Assembly: GCA_036172245.1 (NCBI GenBank)
Contig: JAYWIR010000109.1
Location: 62,001-126,000 of the forward strand
Length of the DNA stretch: 64,000 nucleotides
Direction of reading: 5' to 3'
From: Raillietiella orientalis
Taxonomy: Eukaryota
The position numbers were made by a program, and so were the translations under genes. Positions 49,553 through 62,130 of this stretch are shown here, piece after piece. The first letter of the stretch is position 1; each line of letters opens with the position of its first letter. The notes beneath the pieces were generated by a model. That model ran no database searches. It was given only the letters and a program-made list of their open reading frames with translations, and was not told the DNA's origin.

Positions 49553-50455
49553 ACGCCTGGCGGCAGGGATCGTTGCATGCCTGGGCAAGGCAACAGGATG
49601 TTTCCCTTTTGGAACTCCGTTGCGCCAACCTCTCCCCGTACTGCACGGTGGATGAGGTCTGGAACAGCCAGGAGAAGTGGACTCACCTGGCCGTCACGCC
49701 CCTCGCCGACGCGCTGTCAGCCCTCAGGGCAAGAGATGACAGCTGCGAACCGGCGAGATGGGAGGTCGCCTGCACCATCGCAGGAACAACACGACCTATT
49801 GGCGGCTGGAGGACTTGCGAGCTGGCAGACGCCGCCATGCCTCGCACCATCCCGAAGGGACTCCTTCGGTGGAGTGAACACTTGAGTGTGCCCCCCGAAG
49901 AACTTGTGGTCCCTCCTCGTGCGTGGACACTTCCGTGTTCCCTTAACTTAAAAGCAGGACGTCATCCTGCTGGTGCATTGGGGTTTTCACTCCAACCAGC
50001 GGACGAACCGTGTTTCCGGGGGAGTTGTCTCCCCGAACTGTAAACGGTGCGGGGAAGTGGAAACGCTCCCGCACCTGCTCTTGGACTGCGGTGCCCTCCA
50101 AGGACTATGGCGGAGGCTGGCATCAGCTCTCCTGCACCAGGGGGACACCGCGAGAGACTTGATGCGCCGCTTCTTCACGCCAGGCGGCCTGTCTTTAGGT
50201 GCTGTCATCGCAACGGTCTGTTGCACCCGCGCCATCGACAAGGCCCACCGAGAGCTGAAGCAGCTGGTGATTCGTCGTCAGGCCACCGGAATAGCCGGCG
50301 TGAACATGGCGTCGGCTGCCGAGTGGGCCCATCTTCCAGAGGACGTTAGGAGCGAGATCTCCGGCATCCATAGCCGGTTCTGAAGGAAAGGAACGGCCCA
50401 AACCAAAGACCCCTGTCCCCTACCCTCCCCATATCTTTATTTATATTTTTTTATA
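49553..50455 (+). mobile_element. Degenerate L1/Tx1-like LINE, ORF2 3' end (copy B)
   Basis: RWEVACTIAG..GWRT, GLLRWSEHLSVPPEE and an intact zf-RVT-like CKRCGEVETLPHLLLDC (about 50039-50089), followed by a C-rich and T-rich tail. Boundaries approximate. Confidence 0.8.
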
Positions 50456-50599
50456 TGTGTATTTGTGGTCCCCTCCCTCCCGTTCCGGACTTTCGGCTCA
50501 CCGATCTGCGTGTCGGGGATCCCTCCATTCGTTTTTCTGGGTCCCTTGTCCGGGAACCCTGTTCCCGGATAGTTTAGTAATAAACTCCCCTGCGCAACC

Positions 50600-52240
50600 G
50601 GATGGGAAGCAGCTTGTCGTGGGATTTTTTCACGATCTCCAGCGAGCGTGCCTTCGCAGACAAGTGTTCTTTGTTCCGCTCGGGACGTGGATCTTTTCCC
50701 ACGTCGAAATTGAGGATCCCCAAGCGGATCCAGTCCGGCCGTTCATCCCACGCCGAGCCAACAGAAACCAAGGACAGGTACTTCAAGAACCTTGGCGTTC
50801 CGTTGGGGGACTTATGCGCAGCAGAAGCCTAGTCCAACTGTCTCCAGAAGGCATCATTGGCGACCAGCCCGTTCCACGAAGGCAAGTTTTACTTGCAGGA
50901 ACGGGCCGCGGTGTGGAACGCTTTCGCGGCTCCCATCCTCCTCCCTTTGCTTTTTGTTTGCCCCGTCCCTCCCCAGTTGAAAAAGCGGACAAAAGGACCC
51001 CCTCCATATTGCCCTTTGGGGCAACGGTGGCCCCGAATCCCGCTGAAAATGTAATGCTCTCCGCGACGGGACTGCGGTCTCAGCCTCTTGACGCTGGAGC
51101 GCTTGGAAATACAGCTGCGATGGCGAACCTTGGCCATCGCAGAGAAGTTGTGGAGCATTCCTTGGTGCGTTCCGGCTCGCCTTCTCGGCATCCAGGACGC
51201 AAGGACTCGTGTCTCATCTTTTGTGCTCCAGCTTAAGATGTGTCCTTCTCCTCAAACGCATGGCCTCACTGGCCAAGGGGGATGGCTGGATGGTTTGCAG
51301 CCCCGCCAACTCCTCCGCATGGCTGGAGGAATCTGTTGGCACGTGGGCGAAGATGAACATTACAAGTGACAACTGGAACTGCCTGTGTTTTTCCAACAGC
51401 GCTCCTTGCTCACTGCGAGCCATTTTGGAGTGTCCCTCCAGGAGCATGTGGGCAGAGACGACCCCTTTAGCTACGGCGCTGTCCTTTCTACAGAGGGCCC
51501 TCGTCAGCGACCGGACGCCGAAGTGGCAAGTCTCCTGTAGGATCGCGGGCAGAGAGAAGTTGATGAGCGGTTGGACCATGAGACGCGATGGACGCCACGA
51601 TCCCGAGCGTCCTTCCTCGTGGACTTGTACGATGGGGCGAGCTGCTCAGCATCCCGACGGATGACCTGAAGTGGCCCCCGGTGCTGAATGGTTCCAGGAT
51701 CCTCCCCTCAAGTGGTAGGAGTCGGCGCTTCTGCTGTTGCATTGGGGTCTACCTTGCAACGTACGCCCCTTCCTCTGGACGAGAGGGAGTGTGAATCCCG
51801 AGTGTGCCAGGTGTGGGGAGCGGGAATCCCTTCCCCACCTGATAGTTGACTGTCCTGTCCCTCGGCCCCTGTGAGAACGTCTTGGAACTTCCCTGCGAAT
51901 CCCGGTTGGCAGCACTCCCAGAGACGTTTTACGGCTTCTCTTCGTGCGGGACGCCCTGCAGCCAGCCGCAGTCCTGGCAGCACTTTGCTGCATCCGTAGG
52001 ATTGTGGCGGCTTGGGGTGAAGCCGAGGATGAAGACCAGAACGAGAGGGACGTCATCCTGTATGCTGTTCGCTACCTGGTGAGAGCAACTGGATGGTCCA
52101 ACTGTGTCAAATGCAGAAGGACCTCGAGGGCATCCTGCGAAGGATCGACCCACCTCCCAGTGGGCAGTGATCGCTTTCCGACCCCCCCAAAAATTTGCTT
52201 TTTTTCCCTTTATGTGTTATTTTTCTTTTAGTTTTTTCTC
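50600..52240 (+). mobile_element. Degenerate L1/Tx1-like LINE, RT thumb to 3' end (copy C)
   Basis: YFKNLGVPLG (resembles the KYLG motif), KWQVSCRIAG..SGWT, GLVRWGELLSIPTDDLKWP, zinc finger in VNPECARCGERESLPHLIVDC (51791-51853), AALCCIRRIVAAW and a T-rich tail. Many frameshifts and stops. Confidence 0.8.
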
Positions 52241-52299
52241 CCATCTCCCTCCACTGCCGAGGAGAGTCACGCTGGTCTGCGTACCGACAGGTCCGGCGT

Positions 52300-52930
52300 T
52301 GTGTTGGCCGTTAGTGGGGCCTTGTACCACGTTCTGTAGATGACGTAAATAAACGTCCTGGCGTATCCGGTGGCAACGCCGAAACCTGTTGAGAGACGGT
52401 CCAGGGGCAACTGGTCGCAGAACTCGCGGACTGAGCTCTTTCATTTTGTCCCAGTCCGCGAGCGTCTGCAGATGGAATCCTGGCAGGAACGCGCGTAGAT
52501 GTTCCGCTGCTCCTTCGAGGCGCAACCAGTCCCCTGACAGGCGCCATGATCTAGAAGGAGGGTCCCTGTCGCGCGGATGTATTTCGAGCACGTACCGAGG
52601 ATGGTCGGACAGCTCTGTCGGGAGCGTTCCTCGATTTCCCACCCGTGTGCACAGGTGGTTGTGGTCGATGTTCGTTTCTCTTCCGGCATCACCGACCAAC
52701 AAGTTGCGCGCATTCATTGCTGTGCACTAGTTAACCAGTTGTGCTTATCTGTTTGGCGCACCTGCCAGCAGGCGGACATTGAAGTCCCCGGCAATCAGGT
52801 GTGCCCCTACCTTCAGCGAGCTGCCGCTGCCGTTCTTATCGATCCGTTTGTATGCTTCGTGCGAGCGGAGGGCGCGTGCCCCCACCCGGTAGGGCTTCAC
52901 CCTCGGTCGCCTCCCGTTACCGCGGAAACA
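52300..52930 (-). mobile_element. Non-LTR retrotransposon APE-type endonuclease relic
   Basis: Hallmark motifs LIAGDFNV and ELSDH followed by SWRL, in the expected order, interrupted by stops. Confidence 0.7.
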
Positions 52931-53824
52931 CTGCCCTGCCAGAAGCTGCAACGGCACCCGGGCTCTGTCCACGATTTCTCCGTCCCCCTCCGTCCACGGG
53001 CGGCAGAGGGCGCTTCCCGAAAGGACGCGAGGAAAACGGAAGCGAAGTCTCCCCAGGCGACCACGGAGGAGGTTGCGCCGTTCCGTTCGGGGCAACTATT
53101 GCAGGGAGACGTAACAGGAGGCGGGAGCAAAGCAGTTTCCAGGACTTCTTCTTGGGGAAATGGTCGCCTATGCCTCAGGCGTCATCGATTCCTCTTCGAC
53201 GCACCACGTCGCTCCTGCGGTCCGCGCGCTTTCGTCTCCCCGTCTTCATCGGCGTCCCATTCCAGCAGCGGAGGTCTGGCGTCTGTCCTGAAAGGCTGAC
53301 CCTCCCGGCGAAGAGCCACTGCTTCCTGGTTTCTTTCGACGCAAAAGACGAAGAAGCAAATCTCCTCCCTCATGGAGCCTCAGCCGTCCGCTTTCAAGGG
53401 AGGGGCCGCCTCCTGCGACATCATCCGGTCCCCTGCTGCCTCCACTGAAAGCGCCTGAGACCTCGGCACTGCGAGGCACGCGACAATCCCTCCATCCCCT
53501 TCTGCATTCTCCCCTTTCCTACTGCCCAAGGTCGCTATCCTCAATACTCCTGCTGACTCCTGGGTGAGCGAAGGGCTACTCCCTCGGGAAGAAAAGCCAC
53601 GCGACCGGGCAGTGGCTTTACCCCAAAGGCAGGCATCGAGCTTCCCGGAAGCTACGGAGAGGGAAGCGTTCGCGACCTCTCTAAAGAGAAGAGTTTGCCG
53701 GGGGTTTACTTGTCATGAAAATAAACATCCATAATCTCTGTGGTCCAACTACGTGCAATTTAACGGGAACCTGCCGTGTTACCGATACTCAGAACGGTGA
53801 AGCCCGCTACGGCGGCAGAAGGGA

Positions 53825-54750
53825 GGGGAAACAAAAAGAAAAGGAAACAACAACAACAAAAAAAAACTTTGGGTAGGGGCGTGCGGGAAGGAATCACGTC
53901 CTGCTGGAAGGGGTCCTCTGCATCCTTTCGAGAATGCCAGCAAGCTCTTGCTGTAGTCCAGGTGGGGCCATCCCGTTGCCATGATCCTCATGAAGCGAAT
54001 GGAGAAGTGGTTGGCATCCATCTCTCTCGGTCCTCCTCTTGCATCCTCCCATGCCGCCACAATCACACGTAGGCAACAAAGAGCTGCTAGCGAGGGTGCC
54101 AACCGAAGGATGTCGCAAACCAAGAGGGGTTTCAGAGCATCCCTGGAGATTCGCTGTGATTCTTAGAGTCGTGGCAAAGCGTTCCCTGAGGAGCCGGAGA
54201 GCAACACAATCCACAAGCCGGTGCGGGAGGATTCACGTTTCCTGCACTTGGTAGAGTTTGGGTCCACATACACCCGTGTCCAGTGACACCGGCGGTCATT
54301 GCACGGGAGGTCTGGTGCAGCAGTATCAACGTCGACTCCTGCTACTTCAAGGAGAGGGTGTGGGTTTTCCAAGAGTACTAAAGGCCACTGCAGGTTCCCC
54401 TCCGGAATACCCAGTAGCTCGCAGAAGTCCTCGAGGTGGAGCACTCGGAGGCCCAGCGTCTGTAAGATGGTCTGTCGTCCATTTACCCAGTCCTCTTCTG
54501 CTGTAGATATTCAGTGACCTCCCATCTAGCCGCAAAACTGCTGACCATGTGCTCCCTGAGTGAGGGCATCTCTGCGGCAAGGATCTGAAGGATCTGCTGG
54601 AGCGAGCAGTTGTTGTAGAGCCCGTACAGGAAACGTTGCTCCTGTTCCGGGCATCGCTCCTGGTCCCTCGCCCACGTGCGAACGGTTTCCTGTATCCAGG
54701 CAATATAGTTCGCGGGGGACGCGTCTTAGAGTCCCTCTCCGGGGGCGCTA
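53825..54750 (-). mobile_element. Degenerate L1/Tx1-like LINE, ORF2 3' end (copy D)
   Basis: GKWTTDHLTDA, LLGIPEGNLQWP, a decayed finger KCRKRES..HRLVDC across a frameshift, AALCCLRVIVAAW and a T-rich tail; collinear with copies A-C. Confidence 0.7.
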
Positions 54751-57611
54751 GGAAACAATAGCATGGGAGGAAATTGGAGGGAATCCAGGAATCTAGCCGG
54801 AACGACCGATGTGTTCCTCTCCTTCCAAGCTCGAGCCCGACAGCACCATCGATGTCGGTTATTACGGCACAGGAGAGGTCCTGAGGCTGCGCGTCTTGTG
54901 AGGTCGGCCCCTGTCGTCGCGGCCTGCCGTCCAAGTTGGATCCCTCCTCTGTGGCAAAGACGCTGTCCCACACACAGCAGCTGGAAGGGAGCAGACCGCC
55001 TCCTTTCGCCTTCCGACGGACCAAAGTCCAGCGAATGTGCGACAAAGACGCGGCGAGGAGGGCCGCTTGCCACCACCGGGAAGGCACCAAGGCGTGCGCG
55101 CTCGTGGTCGCGGGAGGACACGGGGCCTCCAAGGCGAGGAGCGAGCAGTTGCCGCCTCGGGTCCTCTTGCCGGCGAGCCCTTCCGCCGCGACGAAGGAAC
55201 CAGATGGCAGAAACCCGGAGTCACGGCGGGGCGCTCTGCTTCGCCGCCGCACTGCCAGCGAGGGCTCCAAGAATCCTAGCCTGGAGATAAAGCAGGATCC
55301 CTTGGAATCATCTCGGAAGCGCGCGGCAGACCACACAGCGGTCAGCTGTGCCGCGCGCCGTCGAGGGTCCCACGGTGCGAAGGCCACGGGTGGACAGGAG
55401 GAAGGCGAGCGAGGACCGGGTGGAGCGGACGGTCGACCGATGGATTCCCGCTCCAACACCCTCCGTTCCGGATCGGATGCCTGCGGAGCCCTCGAACGCT
55501 CCTCCGAGTGCGAGCGCCCGCTAGCGAAACTTTTCGGCAGGTGATAAGAGCAGGGAACTGAAAAGAACGGACAAACTGTTGGAGCATCTCCCGAAAACCC
55601 CCTCCCAGAAAACTGAGAGCTCTTTTCTTTCTTCGGGAGAAAAGAATCTTGGAGTCGTGGACGCCGCAGCGGGCGGCTCAAAGAGGCCGTCGGGAAGAGC
55701 CGCCCTGGCCGGACCCTGTGCCGCAACCCAGTCGCTTCCTCGCGTGAGCTCTTAGGAAGGGAGGTTGACGCACGTCTTGGGCTGGACCAGTGGAGAATCT
55801 GCTGGCGAGGGAAGTACCACATGAGGCAAGTGGGGGGGGGGGGTTGTCGGTCCCCAGGCATCAGCCGCCTCAAGGCGCCGTTTCCTAGGAGCAGCGCAAG
55901 TGGCGATCCAGGCAGTCGAGAGGATTCCCTCCTGAGGCTTACTGCGCAGAGGTCATCCCGAGACCCAGTGCACTGCCGCCTCACGCTGGTCATCGGTCTT
56001 CGTGGGTCCCCACGCCCCGATGGGTTCCCGGTCTCTCGCAGAGGCAGCAGCGAAAGCATCCAGGATTCCAGGAAGCGCTTCCAGGATTCTCCCCGACTCG
56101 CCGGCCTTCGCTTTCGTTGCCGTTCTCACGGACGGCATCTAGGCGAGGAACCGTTTCCAAGATTAATCTTCCAGCGGCAGCCTCCGGAGCAAAGCCGTCT
56201 GCGCCCCCCCTGTTCTCTCCTAGGGGCCCCCATCTGAAGCGGAGGCGATTCCCGTTTCGCGCTCAAATTTTCAAAGTATGCAGGTTGCACAAGGAGGGAA
56301 AAAACCCTAGAACTTTCGGGAATTTACGCAGAGAACCGCAAGGCAAACCCGGCCGAGTGCTTCCTGCATGGGAGTGAACGCGCTGTGCCCGCAGGGCATG
56401 CCCAGTTTTCCGCCTGCGACGGAGGGAAGAGAGGAAGGAAGGGGGGATCCGACTGCATGGATTTTCAAACGCGCGACGGCCTTTCCTCGTTCCTGCCGGT
56501 GGCATAGAGGCGCTCTTTCGGCCTGCGAAAACACCACAAACTGCAGCTGCCAGATGCAGTTGCAGGTGACACAAAAGATCCACAATTTGACCGCCTTGCT
56601 TGCTGGGGCAAGGCTCGACTCGGGCGCGGGCGAAACCAGGTAAACCAAGTGCAGGTGCCCCTTGGTCTTCAGCCCATCTTCCGTAATGCAGCATCTTCGT
56701 CGAATAGCTAAAGAGGGAATAAACGTCTCGAGCTACTTCAGGGTGTCCTGGGACCATAGGGAATTCAAAGGAGTCTGAGGTTTCCTCTCATTCCTCTCCT
56801 TCCACAAGCACAGAACTGGATTTTAGTTACGTGAATCCCAACTTACGTGCCTGCATTGGACATGCCCTAATTAGACCATCCCTTGCCATTCCGGTCCTGA
56901 ACTTGCTCGAAGATTCTACTACTTCCGTAACTTACAAGTTGCTCCAGGTGCACCAACGTTGTTAGCAAGGCAGACATCAACTGTGAATGACTTCAAGTGC
57001 TGCTACAGACACCTCAGTCAAGGCAACAAATTTATATTCCTAGTGAGTTCCTGGGAAACTGGTGGGCTGTGGGTTCAGCGGACTTCAATTTCAAAAGCCA
57101 CCCCACTTTGACACCAATGCTCTATATTACATTTTCCTTTTTCACAACTGCTAAGCCTTAATTAAATGCAGCTTCCTGTGCTTTCGACTTCAAACCCTCT
57201 TGGAAAATGCAGGCACAGGGTGAAAAACCGAATGAAACTTGCATTCTTGGATCAAAAAATGCAACTGCATGCAGATATTGAAAATTAAAACTTGGAACAA
57301 GCAGAAGATCGAAAAAGGTACGTTAATTGGATATGCTGAGCACTGCACACCTGTTGTTGCATTTTGAAAAGAAAAGCAATAAAGGTTTGCTAAGTAAAGG
57401 AACCCCAAATGTTTAAGCACAGCTCAGAAAATACAACCACTTACACAATCAACAAAGAAAACACAAGCATTACTACTCTTCAAGCTACAAGTGGAATCAA
57501 TCACTTGTTCAAACCTGCATTTGTTTGCTTGTTTGTCTCAAAGCACTACCTCAGAAAACCAGAAACAACAAACACTACTGCATTATAATCTTGACCAGTT
57601 AAACCGATTTT

Positions 57612-57617
57612 TTTATT
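57612..57617 (-). terminator. AATAAA polyadenylation signal of ATP synthase b
   Basis: TTTATT on the + strand, about 65 nt past the stop codon. Confidence 0.6.
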
Positions 57618-57681
57618 CCTCACTTCTGTTTCACATCACTTGAGAAAACTATCTCTCCTACATGGTTTTTTCCACCAATGC

Positions 57682-59153
57682 TCAAGCATGCACATTCTGG
57701 GCAGACAGAGCTTTCAAGTCTTCAATGCACCTGTGTAGAGTTTTCCTCTCTTCCTCTGGTGTGATGGCCAACTTCACCTTGTTGAGAACCCACTTGACCA
57801 AGTGCTCATGCTCCAAGCGTTTTTTCGTTTGTGCCAGCTCTACTTGGTAATCCAAACGTCGCTTCACTTCGTTATAAGTATGCAGCAAATTCTGACGGTA
57901 GTTTGCCTCCAGCTGCAATCCTATATTTTCACGCTTTGCATCAAACAGATACTTTTGTCCTGCAGCACGCCACTGCTCCACCTTTTCTACTTCAATAGCA
58001 TTTTCCAAAGAGGTCACGCTGTCAGATTTTAATGATGTATAGTAATCTGCTGACTCCTGATAAAAAGAATAACAGCCATAAGTTCACACTTGATGTGTAT
58101 TACCAAAAGCAATTTCTCTCCAAACGCTTTCCAGCGTTTACCAAGTACTTTTACTAAGATCCACACTGTTACTACGAATGATATTCCTGCATTCACTTCA
58201 TGATCCACTATCCACAGTTCTTTGCTTAGCACAAAAGTTAGGAAACCAATTCCAAACAAATAGGGACCAGTGACTCCTGTACGTTTGTAAACAAATTGAA
58301 ACCAGTTATCAGGAAAGATCGCCAATCTAACTTTTTCTGGATATATTTCTCGAATTGGATGAGGAAAATTTATTACATCTCTTTCTGGAGAAACCTTCAT
58401 TGCTTTTATTTTGTTGGCAGCATCAATATACCGTTTTTCTTCATCTGTTAGATTGGAAGGATCGATAACTTTAATGGGAAGACTAGACGTGCACCTTGCA
58501 AGTGCCTTCTTGAGAATAGGTCCTAAAAAATTACATAAATTATTATTTCCCTACGCTGTTGGCTTATCATACACTAACAGGGGGATGTGTTTTGGTTCAA
58601 AGAAAAAGAAATGAATTTTGAATACTCTAAATGGTCAAAAACATTGTAAAGTAGGAATTGCATGCTGAAACAACACGAAATGCACACCAGTACAAAACGA
58701 TAAACACTTAATATTCGAACAGTAAATGAAACACGTATACATAATAACTTGTCCCACATGCGCTTCAATTAAGGGGAACGTTTGCATGAACACATAGCAG
58801 AAAACCTGTTTTATTGGGTCGCTTGATTACTCTTGCATAGTATTTTTAAACATATGATTGGATACATCTTCTCTCCGAAGGCTGAATTGAAAACATGCTA
58901 CATGATATCACGACCAGATATTCCAATACAAACCGCTACCATTTTAAACATGAGAATTTAATCACAGCACTTACACACCCCTACTGAAACGTTAATTTTT
59001 CGTGCCCATCAGCTTTTCATGTTCAAAAATCCATCGCAAAGAAAAACGTGTGGCGCGAAAAAATCGGATGTTTGATGAAACTCATGAAATTTAAATCAAA
59101 TACGTACCAGACTTGAGGTAAAACGACGTACACAACATTTTGGGATACAACAT
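57682..59153 (-). CDS. ATPsynB: Mitochondrial ATP synthase F0 subunit b (ATP5PB/ATP5F1 homologue)
   Basis: Exons 58522-58104 and 58056-57682 (47-nt GT-AG intron) read GPILKKALARC...PERDVINFPHPIREIYPEKVRLAIFPDNWF..TGVTGPYLFG..SKE..LFDAKRENIGLQLEANYR..YNEVKRRLDYQ..WV..CIEDLKAL. Candidate first exon 59153 (or 59138)-59108 ends at G|GTACGT in the matching phase 1 and is less certain. Confidence 0.93.
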
Positions 59154-60949
59154 AGACGTGAGTACAACTTTAACGTGGTCTGGATTCACCTACCATTTTT
59201 ACCATAGATGTTTACAGGGTTACCAACACCTGACTCCCTGTAGAGCCATAGGATTTTTGCTCTTGCTCAAAAATGTACATTGGATTTCTCAATGAAAGGA
59301 AAGTAATGCACATTCGTTGTTACTATGTATGTACGTAATTATATGTTACATACATTTACTTTATTATATTCATTTTATATTGAAAATGTACTTTGGATAA
59401 AATACAGTAGGTATTGTAAGAATCCTTTACTCACTCATCTCTACATCATCCTTAAATAGGATTAATAATTGACAAAAGCCTGAATTGGCTAGAGTGTACT
59501 ATGCATTCGAGGATACATGGATCAGAATTTCTTATCAAGTTTGTATTTTCAAGAGGATTTCTTTGTTTAGTCTTATTTTGCTGCTTGAGATACGAAAAAG
59601 TGAGTATACTTTTCATTCTGATGAGTTTTTTCTAAAGCATCTTTTACAAGATATGAAAATTAGCTATAAAACACAACTGATCACTGACGAAAAAATCAAA
59701 GAATTGATTTAAATGAGGAATGCTAGTACTTCGGTAGCACTTCAGAATCACGAGCTTCAAATAGCAGCTTGGAGATGAAGCGTTCTTATTCATATGTTGA
59801 ACGGTATTACTGATGATTCCAGGCCATGTTTTCTTTTAGATATTATTTTGAGCATTAATATTTTCCAGCAATGATTTTGTGGATCCAATCTATGGAATCA
59901 AATTTCTGTATAAACGAATTTACAGACCCGGTCAGCAGTGTCTACGTTTTTTTTCACGGAAAGACTTGTTAAATATGGGAGACTTGAAGCAAAACAATGT
60001 TAGGGGCAAGAATCTTTGCTTCCGCAGAGAAATCTCCACTTGTTTGATTCGCCAATAACTCCTTTCAGAACTGTACAGGGAAATGTCGCCTGTCCATTTG
60101 AGAGTGCTGTTACCACTTTCCGCCATCACTTAACCTGGTGATATTTTTTCTGCTGCTAGCTGTTCCCTAACTTCGACCGAAGTTCTTGTGAGTTATCAGA
60201 CATTGTCTCCCGAGCAGACCGGTGGCTTCGGATTCGTGGAGGCAAACCCGATTAGTGGATGGCATCGTTTAGCAGTGGACTTGAGTCCACGCTAGGGACA
60301 GTGAATCGCCCTGATAGATGTTCATCTGGAAAATGGCAGACGCTGATGAAGTGACCCTCGATGGTCACGGTGAGCCTTCTTGTAAGAACGACCTATTCTA
60401 CAAGGGAAAAAAAAAATGCAAATTCACGACTTCTCAAACCAGAGCAGTTACAAACCATGGAAACGTTTGTGAGTAGCTGTAGTGTGTCCGTTCCGGAAGG
60501 TGCTGACTTTCTTTGAGATCTCGAAGAGGTCGGAGCTCCATTCTTTTTCTTTCTCTATTTAGAAATTCTCGCTGAGGGTCGTCATTTGAGGAGAGTGGGA
60601 GAAGGAGAGCGAGAGGTCTGCCTTCCTCCTCCTATTGCTTAAAATGGCCAGGTCCAGAGAACGCAGGGTCGATTACTCGTCTTCTCTTCGAGCCTGCCAC
60701 ACCTCTGTCATCCATGACTTACAGATGAGATTGCTACTGGTCTTGGTGTCTTGCACTTCTTCCTTCCCTTTTGCTTACCTCTTCTTCTCGCTGCCTCTGT
60801 TGCAGCCGCACCTCGACCCCTCTTTCCCCATAGAAGCACGAGTGTCCCTCTTCCAGGGTCTATGGCACACGAGTATGCGGATAACTTTCCGAGATAACAT
60901 GTGAGGGTGCCTGAGCCTTTCACGAGATTTTTCTCTCTTCCTCCTTCCT

Positions 60950-62130
60950 TCTACTTTCTCCCTATTCCTATCCCTCCCATCCCTCTTAACTGTCTTGGGA
61001 GGATGCAGGAAGAGACTGAGGTGGGATTTTGGACTTCCACTTCCTAAACAGCAGGAGACCTTCGCGTAATGCCGGAAGGGAGAGAGGTGCAGCAAGGGGT
61101 CATCACGAGGAATGACATTTATTTCTTGGACTTGGTCGGCATGCAGCAGTCCTCGAAACGTGGTTCCTTTCACCAGCGCGCCAGAGACGGTACATTTCTT
61201 TTCATCCCTTCGTGCGGTATCTGGGAGTGTGAGGCGAGGGGAGTGGTTTCCGGTCCAACCATCAGCTGCCACGAACGCTCGTTTCCCGAACGGAAACGGA
61301 CGGCATCCAGAGAGACTCCGCTCCTTGCATTCAAGGGATCGCCAAGTGCTCAATCGCCGTACTCCTGCGGGCTCAGGAAACTCTTTAATGCTGTCCGCGC
61401 CACCCTTGGGTGCGTGTGATTCTTCAAGTTAGGGGGAGACCCCGGGAGGGGACCACCCCATGTAACCAGGAGGGCTACAGAGGAAGAGCTCATTCTCCTT
61501 TTACGCTTACGCTTGGTAGGTTAGCCCTGGAGGGAACAATCGCTCTGGTTGTCTCCGAAGGGAACCTCTTCCGTATTCTCTCCTGAAGGACCTCCCCTAG
61601 GGAGTCACTCCCATTTCCCCTCCGGAGGGAACCTGGAAAGGATCCGCTCCTGGTTTCTTCCTCTGAAGAAACCCCGAAGCGCGCTTCTTACACTCTAGAG
61701 AGGCGAAGCCTTCCCCTCCGAGGTGGTGTGCATCAACCAGCCCCGTGGTAAGGCCCCATTTGCACAACCGGGGGCGAACTCCGAAGGGATCCTTGACTCC
61801 TGGACCCCGGAGGGTCAGTATCCGATCCCGACCAGTCAACGGGCGCATCCTGGGGTTTCTGGCTTCCACCAATGCAGTAGCACCCGAATAGGCCACCCAG
61901 AGTCGTCCTGCGGGGGGGGAGAACTCGAAACTCACGATGCACCCCCATTCTCGGCGCCCGACCTCCACGTGGGGATTGGAACCCAACGCTTGTTGCCACG
62001 CTCGCGGAGAGCGCAGCCGAGCAGCCTCCAACGCGTGGTAGCCGCTAGCAGACGCTCCTTTTTCATAATGGCCTTCGGTCATCATTTCACTTTCACGGCT
62101 GCTCCTCCGGGTCACACAAGTGGACACGCT
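60950..62130 (-). mobile_element. Highly decayed non-LTR reverse transcriptase relic
   Basis: WQQALGSNPH, RLWVAYSGATALV and RSQGSLRSSP resemble KAFDSV.H, WI..LY...TA.V and RQG.PLSP, in order. Confidence 0.4.

Noticed and set aside
54347..56059. 570-aa minus-strand ORF
   Set aside because: Arg/Pro/Ser-rich with no coherent domain; it runs through LINE debris (its end overlaps copy D). Long open frames are expected at this GC content.
55000..56760. LINE ORF1-like relic
   Set aside because: Plausible from context, but no intact zinc knuckle or other diagnostic motif could be read.
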